Assembly (NCBI GenBank): GCA_002480485.1
Contig: DLCF01000027.1
Span: 9,936-73,935, forward strand
DNA from: Planctomycetaceae bacterium UBA7805
Lineage (GTDB): Bacteria > Planctomycetota > Planctomycetia > Pirellulales > UBA7805
Length of the DNA stretch: 64,000 nucleotides
Direction of reading: 5' to 3'
Shown piece by piece: positions 63,976 through 64,000 of the stretch; positions within the stretch are counted from its first letter, which is position 1; every line of letters begins with the position of its first letter. Under the pieces are notes generated by a model. That model made no database searches, was not told where the DNA came from, and saw only the letters and a program-made list of their open reading frames with translations. Made by a program: the position numbers and the translations under genes.

Positions 63976-64000
63976 GACACCCTCGCTCTCACCGATGCAC

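Overview
This is a gene-dense 64-kb chromosomal segment with about 47 protein-coding genes. I found no rRNA, tRNA, CRISPR array, integrase/transposase or prophage signature. The gene content points to a Planctomycetota, Pirellulales-like genome: a PVC-type membrane-bound-dehydrogenase/HEAT/cytochrome c giant protein, tandem DUF1080, two DUF11-repeat envelope proteins, an LRR plus F-type lectin protein, and LpxI-type lipid A synthesis. The backbone is housekeeping: panB (partial), ftsH, dxr-rseP-lpxD-lpxI, ispH, ispD, tyrS, prfB, mnmA, an MscS channel, and the ffh-rpsP-trmD-rplS-yraN cluster. prfB carries the classical +1 programmed frameshift, which the ORF track splits. The unusual part lies at 22.3-35.3 kb. 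(i) An ispH / degenerate Pfs-HpnG-like / highly divergent squalene-hopene-cyclase-like co-directional gene string. (ii) A 918-aa natural fusion of a cyanobacterial-type acyl-ACP reductase (AAR)-like domain to a class-III aminotransferase; the catalytic Cys position and the PLP lysine are both retained. (iii) A divergently transcribed MMPL/HpnN-like RND lipid transporter, reached across a 552-bp control region that carries five AAGAGT/ACTCTT hexamers. (iv) An AGAT-type arginine amidinotransferase. My leading hypothesis is that this neighbourhood encodes an undescribed route to an amino- or guanidino-functionalised lipid (fatty or isoprenoid/hopanoid-like) and its export. This is inference only and no database search was possible. 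All family assignments come from motif recognition and hand alignment against remembered reference sequences. Start codons were re-evaluated by eye and several differ from the ORF track.
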